From NCBI RefSeq assembly GCF_009914755.1, contig NC_060928.1: DNA of 64,000 bases; one strand, given 5' to 3'. The notes under the pieces are model-generated. The model was not told the origin of the DNA. It saw only the letters and a program-made list of their open reading frames with translations, and made no database searches. This DNA is from the human T2T-CHM13v2.0 reference genome, Homo sapiens. This document shows, piece after piece, positions 11,061 to 25,248 of the stretch (position 1 is its first letter; every line of letters begins with the position of its first letter). The position numbers were made by a program, and so were the translations under genes.

Positions 11061-14000
11061 CATTAACCCACATCTCTGCTCTGCTACTACTCATGGGGAA
11101 CTCACGTATGTGTGCAGGCATGCACATACATTTCTGTATTTTTCTTTATATGTTTTATTCCCTAGCTTATAATTAATTTTGTTAGTTACTATAAATATGA
11201 ATGTTGAGGATAACCACTTAATTAATATCACAAAGTTAATCCATGTAATCGCCTTATAGTATGTGGCATGTACCAATTCTCATTGCCAAACGAATCTGTG
11301 AGGAAGAACTGCCCAAATACAAACAGCTTTATTGGATGCCTCAGGAAGCAGGGAATTAGAGTGATTGCTTAGGCTTCAGGCTTTGCAATTACAACCTGAC
11401 ATTTTGGTAACAGCAATTTAAAATTTAAGTTCCAAAAAGGCTTAAGACCAAGTCTGTCATTTGACACTTTTTTCCCTCCACATTTTTGGGAAAAGAATGA
11501 ATTGCTTAGAAATGGATCTTGTGGAACTGCTAGAAATTTTTTCTAAGTGTTTTTGGTCTCTGAAATGAGCTTACTTAATGTGTGATCATTGTGTAAAAGA
11601 AGCAATCTGTCTGGTATAGACAGGAATTGGATCCCCATGGTAAACAAAATTGCCTCAGCCTTGCTGGAGCATGTACTTTCTAAGCAGTGGGCACAGAGAC
11701 AGTGTAATTGGCTACCTCCTGCTTGTAAGTATAGGTATGTTAAATGTGGGCCTGAGGGGAACCTCCATTTTGGGTTGTAGTTTATTATTAGGTGAGGAAA
11801 TTACTGGACACCTCCAGCTGCCATTAATCAGCCACAGAGTCAGACTGGAGCCAAGGGAGAAGCCTGTGGGTGGATTCTGCCCAGTGCTGTGGAAATACAA
11901 GAAGACGGAGACAAATGTTTTCCAGCCTAGCAGCTCTAAACTCTGCCCTTTCACAGTCCTTAACATGCATGTTCAAATTGATTTAGTCCATTTACCCCCT
12001 CAACCTAACCATCTATTTTCCTTGAAGACTGACAGTTTTATGTGTTGCTACCATGTTATTATGTGTTGCTGCTCTGCCGGTAGCTATAGTATTTCAGAAA
12101 CATTTACTTCCAGACATAAAGGATGAATGAGGAGGGGGGGAATGTAGAGAAAGGGAGGTGAGGTTGAGTCATTTTAATTCCTTTTTTATAGGGTGCAAAA
12201 CATGCCCATCTTGGCACTGACTTTCTCTCTCCCTCTCGTTTTTTTCTTTATTCCTTTTCTCTGTCAATGATTTCCATGATAAAACCTTGAATAACATTTC
12301 CCACTTGAGAAACGCATCTGTCAGGTGATGTCAATGCCTGGCTTACTCCTCTTCCTGTTGGGTTGCAAACATGGCCTTCTCTCATGGTCCTGGAATGCTG
12401 ACATGGTCGGGCAGCCAGAGCCTAACACAGGTAGGGTCAAGCTGAAAACATGGGCAAGCCCTCCTGTCCTCAGCCTGGCTTTGGAGGGAATGGGAAGAAC
12501 CTAGACACAATTTATTGTCTTTGCTGTTATGTAAATTCAGAAAAGGGAAATGGTGGAGGTAAAAGCAAGACCCCAAATAGCCTCTTGTCAGCTGCAGGGA
12601 CGTCAGTCAAGACATTCCAAGTATTTGTCCAATGAGAGATATTTACCTCAGGGTAAGTGGGGATTCAAATCTGACCCCCACCCTCCACATTTTTGGAACT
12701 GGATGAAAGTGCCTTATCTGAACATGTAAGAATATTTCTGGCACTGAAGGCCAAAGACTAAAACTCTGAGTTAAAATAAATACTCAGAGATGGAAAGGAA
12801 ACAGTGAGGTGAAAGGTTTGATCATTTATGAACCTCTGAACTCACTGACTACCATACCCTTGTTTTATTCTATCTGGTTTTCATGTACGAATCTATGCAA
12901 AGGCAAACAGAGAGACTCTCCTTTTACTTTTCCTGCTTTTGTGTGGACAAGTAGAAAATGAAAATTCTATTGATTTATGCTACACAAATAAAAATAAAAC
13001 ACATAAAATAAGGCAATTTGAAGTATGTAACCAGATATGAGAATTTTCTGATATTTCCTGTGGATCAGGTCTCAGTTATGCATAGGATCTGATTCTATTG
13101 AGTAGTCATGATGATTACCTAGTAATAGAAAAAGGTTTTAAAATAGTACCTTGAGAGCAAATTATTTTATAGTGAAATAGAATCTGAGGAACATTGAGAC
13201 AGACATGCTTATATGGATATACACACATAAACCTATACATGTAATTTCTTTAAGGAAAAAACTTTATTACTCTAGCATAAATTAAACTTATGGTTCAGGG
13301 TTGTAGTCACCCAGTGACTTTCGACATGGGTCCACTTTGGGCTGCTGGAGGTTTCTGGGAGGAGTCCTTGAGTGGGTGTTGAGAGGGTGTTTGTGGTGAT
13401 CTTTACATCATCATCATTTAGATGACAGTCCTTGTTTTCCCGGCAGTTCTCAGGGTTTGCATGGTTGACTGTCCCTAATCAGAGGTCACCTCAGCGATGC
13501 ACTGAGATCCTCTGAAGCAGGGCACCCGTATGCCCCTAGGGAAATGAAGCATGTGGCTCCTTCAGCCATTCAGTCTCTGTTTGATGACTGTGGAATGACT
13601 GAGAAAGCCTCACAGACATTCACAGGCTTTTCTTCACCCTTGTGCTCAAGCACTGTTGTTGGTTTGGTGCTGGGAGCTTTGATGCAGACTGCCTTGCAAG
13701 GTCGAGGGTGGCCAAATGAATTACCCGTATTGCTTTCCGCAACAACTGAATTCTCTTTGATAGGATTCCATGAAAACACCATTTGACAGCACAAACCTCG
13801 TTCAGTTTGAAGAGCTGATGGATTGTAAAACTACTATAGGGAATCTTTTCCTCTTACAATGAACTTTAACAGTTACTTAAAATATCTCTTTAAAGGGCAT
13901 GGGAGCATGTGTCCATAAAGTACTTAGTCGTTTAGAAAGTTACCTTTGTTTCTGGCACTGTAATACAGAAGCTTTCGACACTATTGGCAAGTGGGAGATT

Positions 14001-15517
14001 GTCTGACTGTTTGTTCTGAATCCAAAATTGGTATATATGTTGTAAAACATTATGACCATCTTTATGGGAACCACAGAACAGTCTGTTTAAAATTGAGAAT
14101 TTTTCAGAAAATTGGAACTAACGATTGCCACAGTAATAGCTTAAATAATTAATATTTTGGCATCCTTCAGTCATATTTTACCTTTATAAAACTTTTCCCT
14201 AGCAAAGTATGATAAAAATTAACCAGTAAAAGCATTTCTATTTGAATTATCTAAGGAATTCTCTCAAGAGTCAGAGAGGAATCTAGATAGAGACAGCACT
14301 CGTGATAAAATTGGTTGCCTTAACCTGCCACTTTCTTCATGCTGGCAGAAAGTTAGTAACCCAGTATGGCTTTCTGGTGCAGAAACGAAGCTTGAGAATG
14401 ATTAGCAAGGTATGAACAACCTGTAATTGAAGACTTAGAAATTTTCTGTATTGTCTTTATCTTTTAAATAAGCATACCTCTTCAACTGTAAACGAAACCT
14501 CTCAGTGACAGTTTTTATCTGAATAAAATTCAGTATTTGATAACTGTTTTTAAACATGCAAGTTTTGGTGTACAATAAATAGTGACTGTTGTTTTCCAGC
14601 TATGGCCTTGTTATGAAGTATTCCTTAAAAAGACCTGAATCCATAAAGAATATGAGATGGTAATAACTGACCATAGTTTATACTAAATAAGGATTTATGC
14701 TTCACAGGGAAGATGAAAAGTAATAAAAGAGGCAGACTAAATCTTATTCCAAAGTGTAAATTGTCATAGTAAATAAAGCTTTTCTTATATTCTTTCTGCC
14801 ATATCATATTCATGGAAAGGGCCAGTCTTTTGCCTTTTCTCCTTTTCTGTAATTCTGCAGGACACTATTAGATATAATATATTAGATATTTTATATATAT
14901 ATATAAAACTACTACTTTTGACTGAAGGAAAATGGCCCTTGTCGTCCTTTAGGTTCAGTGAATTCAGGGAGCTAATTGTAAGATCAGGGTGTGTACTTTG
15001 ACCCCCTAAGGGTGAAACCCTTTTAGTTGTACAGCAGTATACTTAATCGTGGTAATACGGCATTACAGCATATAAACAAAAGAACGGGGATCAGGATAAA
15101 GAAGCCACGGAGAAAGGACACACAATCACCTGGATACTTAATTCTTTTTAGTTAAATACTTGTGATTGAGTTATGTTTAGACTACAAGAGGAGGCAAATG
15201 AGTTTGGAAGACTCAGTACAGACACCCATTACCAGTTTTGCCAAACAGTGTCTGACGTCGCATCAACACACTGGAAGAATACAGGTTACTTTCCAGAATT
15301 CTAGAAAATACAATCCAGTTAGAATAAGTAGCAGTGATTTCTTTTAGCTGGTTTGTAATCTTAAATCGTTCTACTCCACATACTTCAACACAGGGGTTGG
15401 ACAAATACTAGAGCTGGCCACCATCATTTCATCTCATCATTTTGTTCAAACTATAGATAATTTTATTCCATATCCATTTTTATTTTTAATCAGAGCGTAC
15501 CTGCCTTTCTACTCCCA

Positions 15518-15557
15518 TTAATGGCAAAAGCCACAATTACTTTTGCGCAGACTTCAT
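15518..15557. mobile_element. MADE1 half element
   Basis: TTAATGGCAAAAGCCACAATTACTTTTGC matches one arm of MADE1. Confidence 0.7.
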
Positions 15558-17170
15558 AGGTATTTATTCTTAGGGTACTTTGGTAAAATTCAGGAGCCTG
15601 GAAAGTAAACAGAGCATTTTGTTGTTCGACAAAAGGGAAACAGCAGAAGTGCTATGACAATCGTGTGTCCAAGTTGCCTTGCACTACAGGTGTACATACT
15701 GTTCTAGGACATTTAAAAATACAGAGAAAATTTCACCTAGAAATTTGCATTTTGATTTGAACTTCTCCTTGTGGGTGATCATCGAATTTACCCAAGAAAT
15801 TTAAAATACTACATGGTTTTTCTTAATTATGTCTGTGACTAGACTTTGTTTCTCTCTCCCAATTCTGATATTTTATTATTTTGTGATAAAAGACACTGGA
15901 TCTAGCTGCTTGCTGTGTAAGGAGCACAATGCCTAAAGAATAAGTAACACTCTCCTTACTCCTGTTCCTATTCTATTTTTTGATGACTGGTGAATTTCAT
16001 AGAACTTAGCCCCATATATGTTAAAGACAGTTTCAGAAATTTTGTGAACCTTTTAATAAATTATTACCTTGGTGCTCAACTTTGATTTAGTGATCATTAT
16101 ATTAATTAATGCTTTCAAAATTGCTGAGTTTTGGTTAAGTCTAGATTATAACAGCTTGAATTATGACATGTTTTATCTTATATTTTAGTTATCAAAACCA
16201 TACTGGATAAGCCCTCAGGAAATCTGGCCAGTTTTCATGATAAATTGACTCAGCCTTGTAATGCATAATTCAGTCGCACAGCTGTGTAGTCTGGTGTGTT
16301 CTCTGAGGGATGTAGTTTTACTTGTAGGTTTACATCAAGAAAATCTACTCCAAGAAGTTTGATTTATACCCCAGAAACATATAAAAATGTGCATACTGAT
16401 TTAACATAAATCCAAATTATACACTTTTTAATAAACACTGAATATATTTTTTCTTAAAACTCACATGCCAAGTTTTAAAGAAAGGCAGAAAATTTTGTGA
16501 ACGTTTTTTCACTTCATTCTAGTAATGGGTCCCTCATTTAGAAAAATCTTGTTTTTTTCTGGTTATAGTTCCAATAAAAATGTTTTTTGGTAGTAATTTA
16601 AAATAGGTGTTGAATTTTTTATTATGAAGAGGCTATTGGGCATAGTGGCTAACAGTATGAGTATTGAAATCATAGACTGGAAGTATTCCTTTCCTGTTTT
16701 CAAAATTGTTGAATGCCATTAACAATTATATTGCTGTTAACCGATATATGCGAATGTATGCTTTCTTTCATCCCCGTCTGTGATTGAGATAAGGACAACT
16801 GGGAAATGTAGAAATCCGCCTAGCATGGATTCAATCCCTAATGAAGTTATAGTCCTGGTTACACTTAGAAAAGGTAGGATTCCATGGACCTTATTAAAAT
16901 GACACCTCTTAGCCGTGAACAGCTCCAGGCATTTTATAAACTGTTGAAGTCCTGCAGTGATATCGTTTCAATGTAGAGAATATCTCATTACAGTCATTGA
17001 CATAAAATGTCTCCATCAAACTTTAGCAATGTGTAGTTTTGAAGGTTTTAGGAGGGAGGCAAGAGAGTTTTTCTGAATGTTTGAAAAATAATCGTTTTAG
17101 GCAGAATGTTTAGGAAATGAATTTTTACTTTGGTTGTCCTTACCTTTGAGGAAATTCAGAAATTTCAACT

Positions 17171-17298
17171 TAAGCAGTGGAAGAAATTGAATTTCAGGTG
17201 AGCCTTTTTTTTTTTTTTAATTTCTTCTTTTAAAAGACCTAAGCAGTGGAAGAAATTCAATTTCAAGTAAGCATTTTTTTTAACTTCTTCTTTTAAAG
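17171..17298. repeat. Two-copy tandem duplication, about 60-69 bp unit
   Basis: TAAGCAGTGGAAGAAATT.AATTTCA.GT.AGC-Tn-AA.TTCTTCTTTTAAA at 17171 and 17240. Confidence 0.9.
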
Positions 17299-17342
17299 GA
17301 TTGGTGGCATAGACATACCCTTCTTAACCAGATGTTCATTTA

Positions 17343-17747
<405 letters not shown>

Positions 17748-20700
17748 TTAATACTATATTTTTATTCTTTATTAAAATGTTTAAATGATTATTTGATGGA
17801 GATAAATTTATATAACTTAAATGTCAAGTATTCTTTTTATGATTTTATGTACATGCTTACTATTACATAATCAATTTTGTGAATAGGAACAAGGTAAGGT
17901 TGTTGTATAAATACCAAGTAATGATTATATTAAATACTTATTTTTTATGCATTTAACAATATTATAAACTGATAGCTGAAATCCGAATATTGTGTGCTTA
18001 GATAGTCTTTAAGGGTCACGATACCATTAGAATACAATCTTTGACCTGAACAATATAGCTAAACTTTGACAATACTTCAAAATTTTTAGGCAGTTTAATT
18101 TATGGATTCGCGGTTGTTATATTTATCTAGTATGATTTTAAAATATAGATAATTTACTAAAACATATTTGATAATGTAAAGTAAACTCTATTTCAAGCAA
18201 TTTGGTCTCTACTTTCTGTTCCTCTCAACAGTCTAAGACAGAAGAAAACTGCAGAAGATTGCTACCCGTTCAAGTAGAAAAACTCAAGCTGGAAAATTAG
18301 CACAGCTGGAAAGGCTAATGAACTTAGCATTTAAAAATGCTTGTAGAGCCGCCAGATCTACCCCTCAATCCCAGAGGTAGCTGTTTTTGACATAATCAAC
18401 CCAATCATGAAACTTCAGAACCATTTAAATATCACAGTGGTGAAATAGATTTGTTTGTACCACGACCTTCACAATTTTTCTCACGATTGTCTTTCACCAC
18501 CCATCATTTGCTCCTGACAAAGTGCCATTTCTTATTTTCTCTTTAAATAGACAAGTGGCAAATTGACCAGCAAGGTAGCTGGCCAGGGTTAGAACTCTGT
18601 TATTGAATTCCTATGGTGGGAGTGAAAACAAAAATACTGATGGATACCTATGTTATGCCTACAATTAACAGAGTAAACATCTTAATAGGCATAGAAGACA
18701 CAAACAGATGTTCTAATTGCATGTCTGTGAGAAACTGATGTTTACTAGTTCCACTCTGGCTTGGCCTTTGAGACCTCAGGAAGTTTCTCTCCCAGTGGGG
18801 ATTTCAGTGATTTATTGATTTCAGTACAATGAATATTTCAGAGACTCGCAGGATTTTTAAGAGGTTAAATACATCCTTACAAAGGTTAGCATTATTCACG
18901 CTTGAAGGGAATGCTTACTCTACTTTAACCAGGGTAGCTATGGCCACATTTGCCACATTCTTGCCTAAGTGGGAGAGAAGATGGATGGGGTAATGGAAGG
19001 GACTTTCTAATAGAAATTGTAGAAATAAAACATTGGCACAGAATTTTCTTTTCTTTTCTTTTCTTTTTTTTTTGCCTTGAGCTGAACAAAAAATGAGGGA
19101 GGTATAAATAACAGCAAACTCCTAAACATTCCTGGTTGAAACACTGAGTAGTCTTGATCCAAACAGTAAAGATATTTTTTGGCTCATATTTGAAATACTC
19201 AGAACCAAATAAAAATAATAATGCTTGGAAACTTGGAAGTTTTTTAAATGCTTAAGAAATGCTTAATTTATCACTCACATTCTGTATTGGTTTTCCAAGT
19301 TCATTCTCTTGTAATTATTTGGCTTTTTTTTTTTTTTTCCCAGAAAGCACCTAAAAAGTAATGGATGGGTACTTAGTACTCTTATGCTTTTTTCTTCTTA
19401 GTCACACTCATGGATATTGATAAACTGATGTGTTCTCATTGGTATTAATAATGATAATCCTTATCCAAAATGTACTTCATACCAGGTACTGTGTAAGTGC
19501 TTTAAACAAATCATCTCAATAAAATAATATCATTATGTAAGAAAAACAGGTATGAAATCATTTACAGACTATTTTGTAATAAACATAGACAGTATTTTAT
19601 CTTAGCTACTCTTTCAAATTGTGCTCGATTATTGGTTATTTGCAATAAGATTTGGCTAACTTTTTTCTTCTTAAGATTAAAAATAAATAGTAGATAAGAA
19701 TTTTGTGGTTGGCCAGGCCTCCTGCTTGTGTATTTTATGGCTCTAGGCCAGCACTGTCGAATACAGTAGCTGCTGGCTAGGTACAGCCGTTGAATGCCTG
19801 AAGCATAGTTGGTCTGAGTTAAAGATTTAAATATTTTCACTTAGACAATGTTTAAAACAGCATTTAATATTTTTGTATTGATTAGATGTGGAAGTGGTAA
19901 TATTTGGATATACTGGATTCAATTAAATAGATTATCAATATTAATTTTACCTGCTTTTATTGGGGGAAAGTAGCCCCTATTCAATGCGTGGTACAGGGAC
20001 AGCTGGCTAGCCATATGTAGAAGAATGAAACTGGACCCCTACATTTCACCATATACAAAAGTTAACTGAAGATGGATTAAAGATTTAGATGTAAGACCTC
20101 AAACTATAAGAATCCTAGAAGAAAACCTAGAAAATACCATTCTGCACATTGGCCTTAAGAAAGAATTTATGAGTAAGTCCTCAAAAACAATTGCGACAAC
20201 AACAAAAAAATTGACAAGTGGGACCTAATTAAACTAAAGAACTTCTGCTCAGCAAAAGAAATGATCAACAGAGTAAACGGACAACCTACAGAATGGGAGA
20301 AAATATTTGCAAATTATGCATCTGACAAAGGTCCCTATAAGGAATTTTTACAATTGAACAAGCAAAAAACAAATAACTCTGTTTAAAAATGAGCAAAAGA
20401 CATGAACAGACACTTCTCTAAAGAAGAATATTAAAAAATTGCTCAATCTCACTAATCATCAGAGAAATGCTAATGAAAACCACAATGAGATACCATGTCA
20501 CACCAGTCAAAATGGTGATTATTAAAAAGTCAAAAAGCAACAGATGCTTGTGAGCCTGCAGAGAAGGGGAATGCTTACACACTGTTGATGGGAATGTAAA
20601 TTAGTTCAGCCACTGTGGAAAGCAGTTTGTAGATTTCTGAAAGAACATAAACCAGAATGATCATTCAACCCAGCAATCCTATTATGGAGTTTATATGCAA

Positions 20701-20783
20701 AAGAAAATACATCATTCTACGAAAAGGGCACATGCACTCGAATGTTCATTGCAGCCCTATTATCAAAAGCAAGGACATGGGAT

Positions 20784-21377
20784 TGAAAACACCTTTGCAA
20801 AAATCATAACAAAAAATTATTACAATGAAAGAGATCTTACCTAACCAACCCCATCTTGCTTCTAAGCTCCAAGCTGTCCTTGGCGTAGGCCAAACTAACT
20901 TTGGGAGGAAGTTAGTTTATAGTTTAGCTTTGAAACAAAGATGAAAACAGCCCTTTCCCAAAACAAACCCCTTTCCTGCCTGGGGACTAGCCTGCCTTTG
21001 CAGGACTAAAAAATTAGCCACAAGATTAGAAATTATGGTTTAGGCGTCATGCAGCTGGAGGCTGCAAAATTCTAAACCTCCTCAGATTGCTCCCGGGGAT
21101 AACATCACTATGGTAAAACCTAAGATCCCTGCTTAAGATAGTTTGCAGACCCTGCACTGGATGGATCAGCTGGCACCACGCAGATGAATAAACTGGCTCA
21201 TCTGATCTTGTGGCCTTCGCCCAGGAACTGACTCAGCACAGGACAACTTCGACGCCCTATGATTTCATCTCCGACCCAACCATCAGCATTCCTGACTCAC
21301 GAGCCCCCTACCCATCAAATTATCCTTAAAAACTCCTAACCCCAAATTCTCCAGGAAACTAATTTGAGTAATAATAA
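20784..21377 (+). mobile_element. LTR8/LTR8A (ERV1) LTR, 3'-truncated
   Basis: TGAAAACACCTTTGCAAAAAT...GAAAGAGATCT...CCAGGAACTGACTCAGC...TTTGAGTAATAATAA. Confidence 0.85.
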
Positions 21378-21395
21378 TGCCTATCAATGGTGGAT

Positions 21396-21499
21396 TGGAT
21401 AAAGAAAAGAAATGTGACACAGAGACACACACACACACGTGTGTGTATATATATATATATATATACACACATATATATGGATAAAGAAAAGGAATATAT

Positions 21500-21535
<36 letters not shown>

Positions 21536-21620
21536 ATATATATATTGGATAAACAAAAGAAATGTGACACACACATGTGTGTGTGTGTATATATATACAC
21601 ACACATATATATACATGTAT
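21396..21620. repeat. Compound (CA)/(TG)/(TA) microsatellite with triplicated L1 flank
   Basis: TGGATAAA.AAAAG.AAT at 21396, 21478 and 21546, separated by dinucleotide runs. Confidence 0.95.
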
Positions 21621-22334
21621 GCTATGGAATACTACACAACCATAAAAAAGAATGAAATCATGTCCTTTGAAGCAACATGAATGCAGTTGGAAGCCTTATT
21701 CTAAGTGAATTAATGCAGAAACAGAAAACCAAACACTGCATATTCTCACTTATAAGTGGAACTTAAATAATGGATACTCATGGACATAAAAATGGCAATA
21801 GTAGACACTGGGGACTACTGGAAGGGGTAGGGAGGGAGAGGGACAAGGGTTGGAAAGCTGTAGGGTACTATGATCAGTACTTGGCTGATGGGATCAATTG
21901 TATCCAAACCTCACATCATGAAATTTACCTGGGTAACAAACCTGCATATTTATCCTCTGAATCTAAAAAGTTGAAATTGTTCATTTTTTTACCTGCTTCT
22001 TTTTACTTTTTAAAATGTGACTACTCAAAAGTTTAAATTTTCATAACTAGAATTATTTGTTGAGCAGCAATTTCTCAAACCTTGGAACCAGATTGGACAC
22101 TGACAGCTTAATTTCCTGTTCCACACTTATTATTGCATTTTACTTGCTTTTATTGCAGCAACCATAGAAAATCCAGCTCCACAAAGGTGTGGCATCATAA
22201 AAAATGTAGCATAACTTGGAACACAGTTTGGGAACCACAGATATATACTATTAAAAACTCAACAATTTTTAGTTTTGTTACATATGCCGTCTCTCAGTGG
22301 AATGATGAATTCTAAGATGTTATCAGAATACATA

Positions 22335-22900
22335 TCTCATTCACTTTTATACTCATTCATCTGTTCAGTCATTCATTTAGCTATTCATATTTAGTTCTAA
22401 AATGTGCAAAACATGAGTGCTGTGTGCTGGTGATACAGTGGTGAGAAATGCTGACAAAAATCCCTATCTTGTGGAGTTTGCATTCTAGTATATGGAAACA
22501 AAAAAAGAGAGAGAGAAACCTGAAGTGAACAGGAAAACAAGGTAATTGCAAGTCATGATAGGTGCTATGGAAGAGAGATGCCATGGAGCACTGCAGGGGT
22601 GGGGTGGGGTGGCCCCTTGGATGGGGGGGCCAGAGAAGTCCTCTGAAATGACGTTTGAATGAACACCAACAAAGGGAATAGTCAACCTGGAAAAGCATCT
22701 GAAAAGAGCATTCTGAAAGATTAGCAACAGCAAAGACCTTAAGAATGGAAATAACTTGGGGTGTTTGCACAACAGAAAGAAGACTTCTGTAGTTGAGGAA
22801 GGGGAAGCCTGATGTGACAAGCTGTAGAGCTTGGCAGGAGCCTCCGTGTAAGACATTGTATGCTACAATCAGCAGTTTCAGTTTTTATTTTCCAAAAGCA
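22335..22900 (-). mobile_element. L2a 3' region
   Basis: TCATTCA-type tail, GGAGTTTGCATTCTAGT, GTGCTATGGAAG, GCAAAGACCTTAAG. Confidence 0.8.
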
Positions 22901-23177
22901 AGGCTTAAGCTACCTAGTGCGATGCTTTTCCTATAACAGGCACCAAGTAAATGTTTGTTGAATTAATGTAGATAGGCAAATAATGGGTGCCTAAAATGAA
23001 TACAGGATCCAGCTTTTTAAAATAAGTCTTAAGTTTTTTTTTTTCTGATCAATTTAATCTTTTATTCTTTCAGAAATAGGCTTGTTTTATTGCAGGAAAA
23101 ATAAATGACTAATTATTAATGTCTTCATTTGCAATTAACCACGTTTTTTATATATGAGTTTGTCAGGAGTAGGAAGC

Positions 23178-23690
23178 TGTGATGGTTAATATTGAATGTC
23201 AGCTTGATTGGATTGAGGGATGCAAAGTATTGTTCTTGGGTGTGTCTGTGAGCCTGTTGCCAAAGGAGATTAACATTTGAGTCAGTGGGCTGCAAGAGGG
23301 AGACCCACCCTCAATCTGTATGGGCACCATCTAATCAGCTGCCAGCGTGGCTAGGATGAAAGCAAGCAGAGGAACGTGGAAGGACTAGATTGGCTTAGTC
23401 TTCCAGCCTACATCTTTCTCCCATGCTGGATGCTTCTGGCCCTCAAACATCACACTCCAAGTTCTTCAGCTTTTGGACTCTTGGACCTTTGACCAAGAAT
23501 GAAGGCGGCACTGTTGGCTTCCCTTTTGAGGTTTGGGACTCAGACTGGCTTCCTTGCTCCTCAGCTTGCAGATGGCCTATTGTGGGACTTCACCTTGTGA
23601 TTGTGTGAATCAATACTCCTTCGTAAACCCCCCTTTATATATATATCTATCCTATTAGCTCTGTCCTTCTAGTGAACCCTGACTAATACA
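23178..23690 (+). mobile_element. MLT2A (MLT2A2-like) HERV-L solo LTR
   Basis: TGTGATGGTTAATATTGA...TTGATTGGATTGA...GAACCCTGACTAATACA. Confidence 0.92.
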
Positions 23691-24010
23691 GAGGTTCTGT
23701 ATAGGGACCAACCAAGACTGAAATCTTTGGGGAATTACCTTAATTCAGTGGTAGCTTCCAGGTGTGCTACCAGGCAGGTAATCCAGAGCTCATGAAACAG
23801 AAAGACTGTCAGACCAAATAAAGATGCTTGGATAGTGAATTTATTAAATAAATCATAAACATACAGCAATAGCAAGGGTAAAGAGACTGAGTAGACTGAC
23901 ATACTTGGAAGATGGAGCAAGTGGCACGGAAGGCAAGTCCTAAATTATGCCATTTGTACATGCTCAGGATTTTCCTGCTGACAATGTGGCTACAAGAATC
24001 AGAGTGAAGG

Positions 24011-24576
24011 TGTGGTAGCCAGAATAATGGTCCTTGAAATGGCTCACACTTTAATCCTCAGAATCTGAGAATATTGGTGATTCCCTGAGTCAGTGTCTAT
24101 GCAAATGTCACTTTAAAGAGATCTTCTCTGGCCACCCTATCTCAGCTATCTTACATGGCTAAAGGGATTTTGCAGATGTGATTATGTTAAGGACCTTAGG
24201 AGGGGGGTTTTCCTAGATTATCCAGATGGACCTAATCTGATCACACAAGTTCTTAAAAATTGGACAACATTTCCTGGGCTCCAGTCAGAGAGAAATGTGA
24301 GGATGGATGGAGAGTCATAAGAATGTGATGCTGCTGCCGTTGAAGATGAAGGAAGATGTCCACCAGCTAAGGAATGTGGGTGGCCTCTAGAGGCTGGAAA
24401 AAGCAAGGAAGTGGATTGTCCCCATCAAGCCTCCAGAAAAAAATGCAGCTCAGCTGACATCTTGATCTTTGTCCAGTGAAATTTATGCCAGACTTCTAAC
24501 CTATAGAAGATAAGTCTGTGTTTTAAGCCACTATGTTTGTGGCAATTTGTTATGGCAGCAATAGGAAAGTAATTCA
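24011..24576 (+). mobile_element. MLT1D LTR with a 70-bp insertion
   Basis: TGTGGTAGCCAGAATAATGG...GATTTTGCAGATGTGATT...TTTGTTATGGCAGCAATAGGAAA. Confidence 0.85.
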
Positions 24577-24771
24577 GAAAGTGAAGCAGCAGGGCTGGGC
24601 AGGTGAGAGGGGCTTTAAGCCAACACTTGCTCTGTGAGAGATGCAAGGGCAAGATGCCGGCCATGGCCTGGCCACAGTTGTAGTTCTCTCTGCAGCTATA
24701 GCCTTTGCCTGAATTTTGCAAGCAGAGCACATCTGGGGAATGAGTTGGTGGCAGCATCCAAGACACCTTAG

Positions 24772-25227
<456 letters not shown>

Positions 25228-25248
25228 TGACTTACTCTTTGACATTAT

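Larger units (their letters stand above)
19960..21982 (+). mobile_element. 5'-truncated L1PA15/16-like element interrupted by an LTR8-family LTR
   Basis: ORF2 3' motifs (GCTGGCTAGCCATATG, AAACTGGACCCCTAC, ACCACAATGAGATACCAT); 3' end CTGAATCTAAAAAGTTGAAA; TSD TTTTACCTGCTT at 19945-19956 and 21987-21998. Confidence 0.9.
19749..22070. mobile_element. MER33 (hAT-Charlie) split by an L1 (pieces about 19749-19956 and 21987-22070)
   Basis: CAGCACTGTCGAATA start; ATATTTGGATATACTGG...TTTTACCTGCTT resumes after the L1 as TTTTACCTGCTTCTTTTTACTTTTTAAAATGTGACTACT. Confidence 0.75.

Noticed and set aside
11650-12126. 158-aa plus-strand ORF
   Set aside because: Non-ATG start, no recognisable domain and no clear exon boundaries
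15518-15557. MADE1 as a miR-548 precursor
   Set aside because: Only one arm is present, so no hairpin can form
21283-21680. Four overlapping Y/I/H/T-rich ORFs
   Set aside because: Produced by dinucleotide repeats
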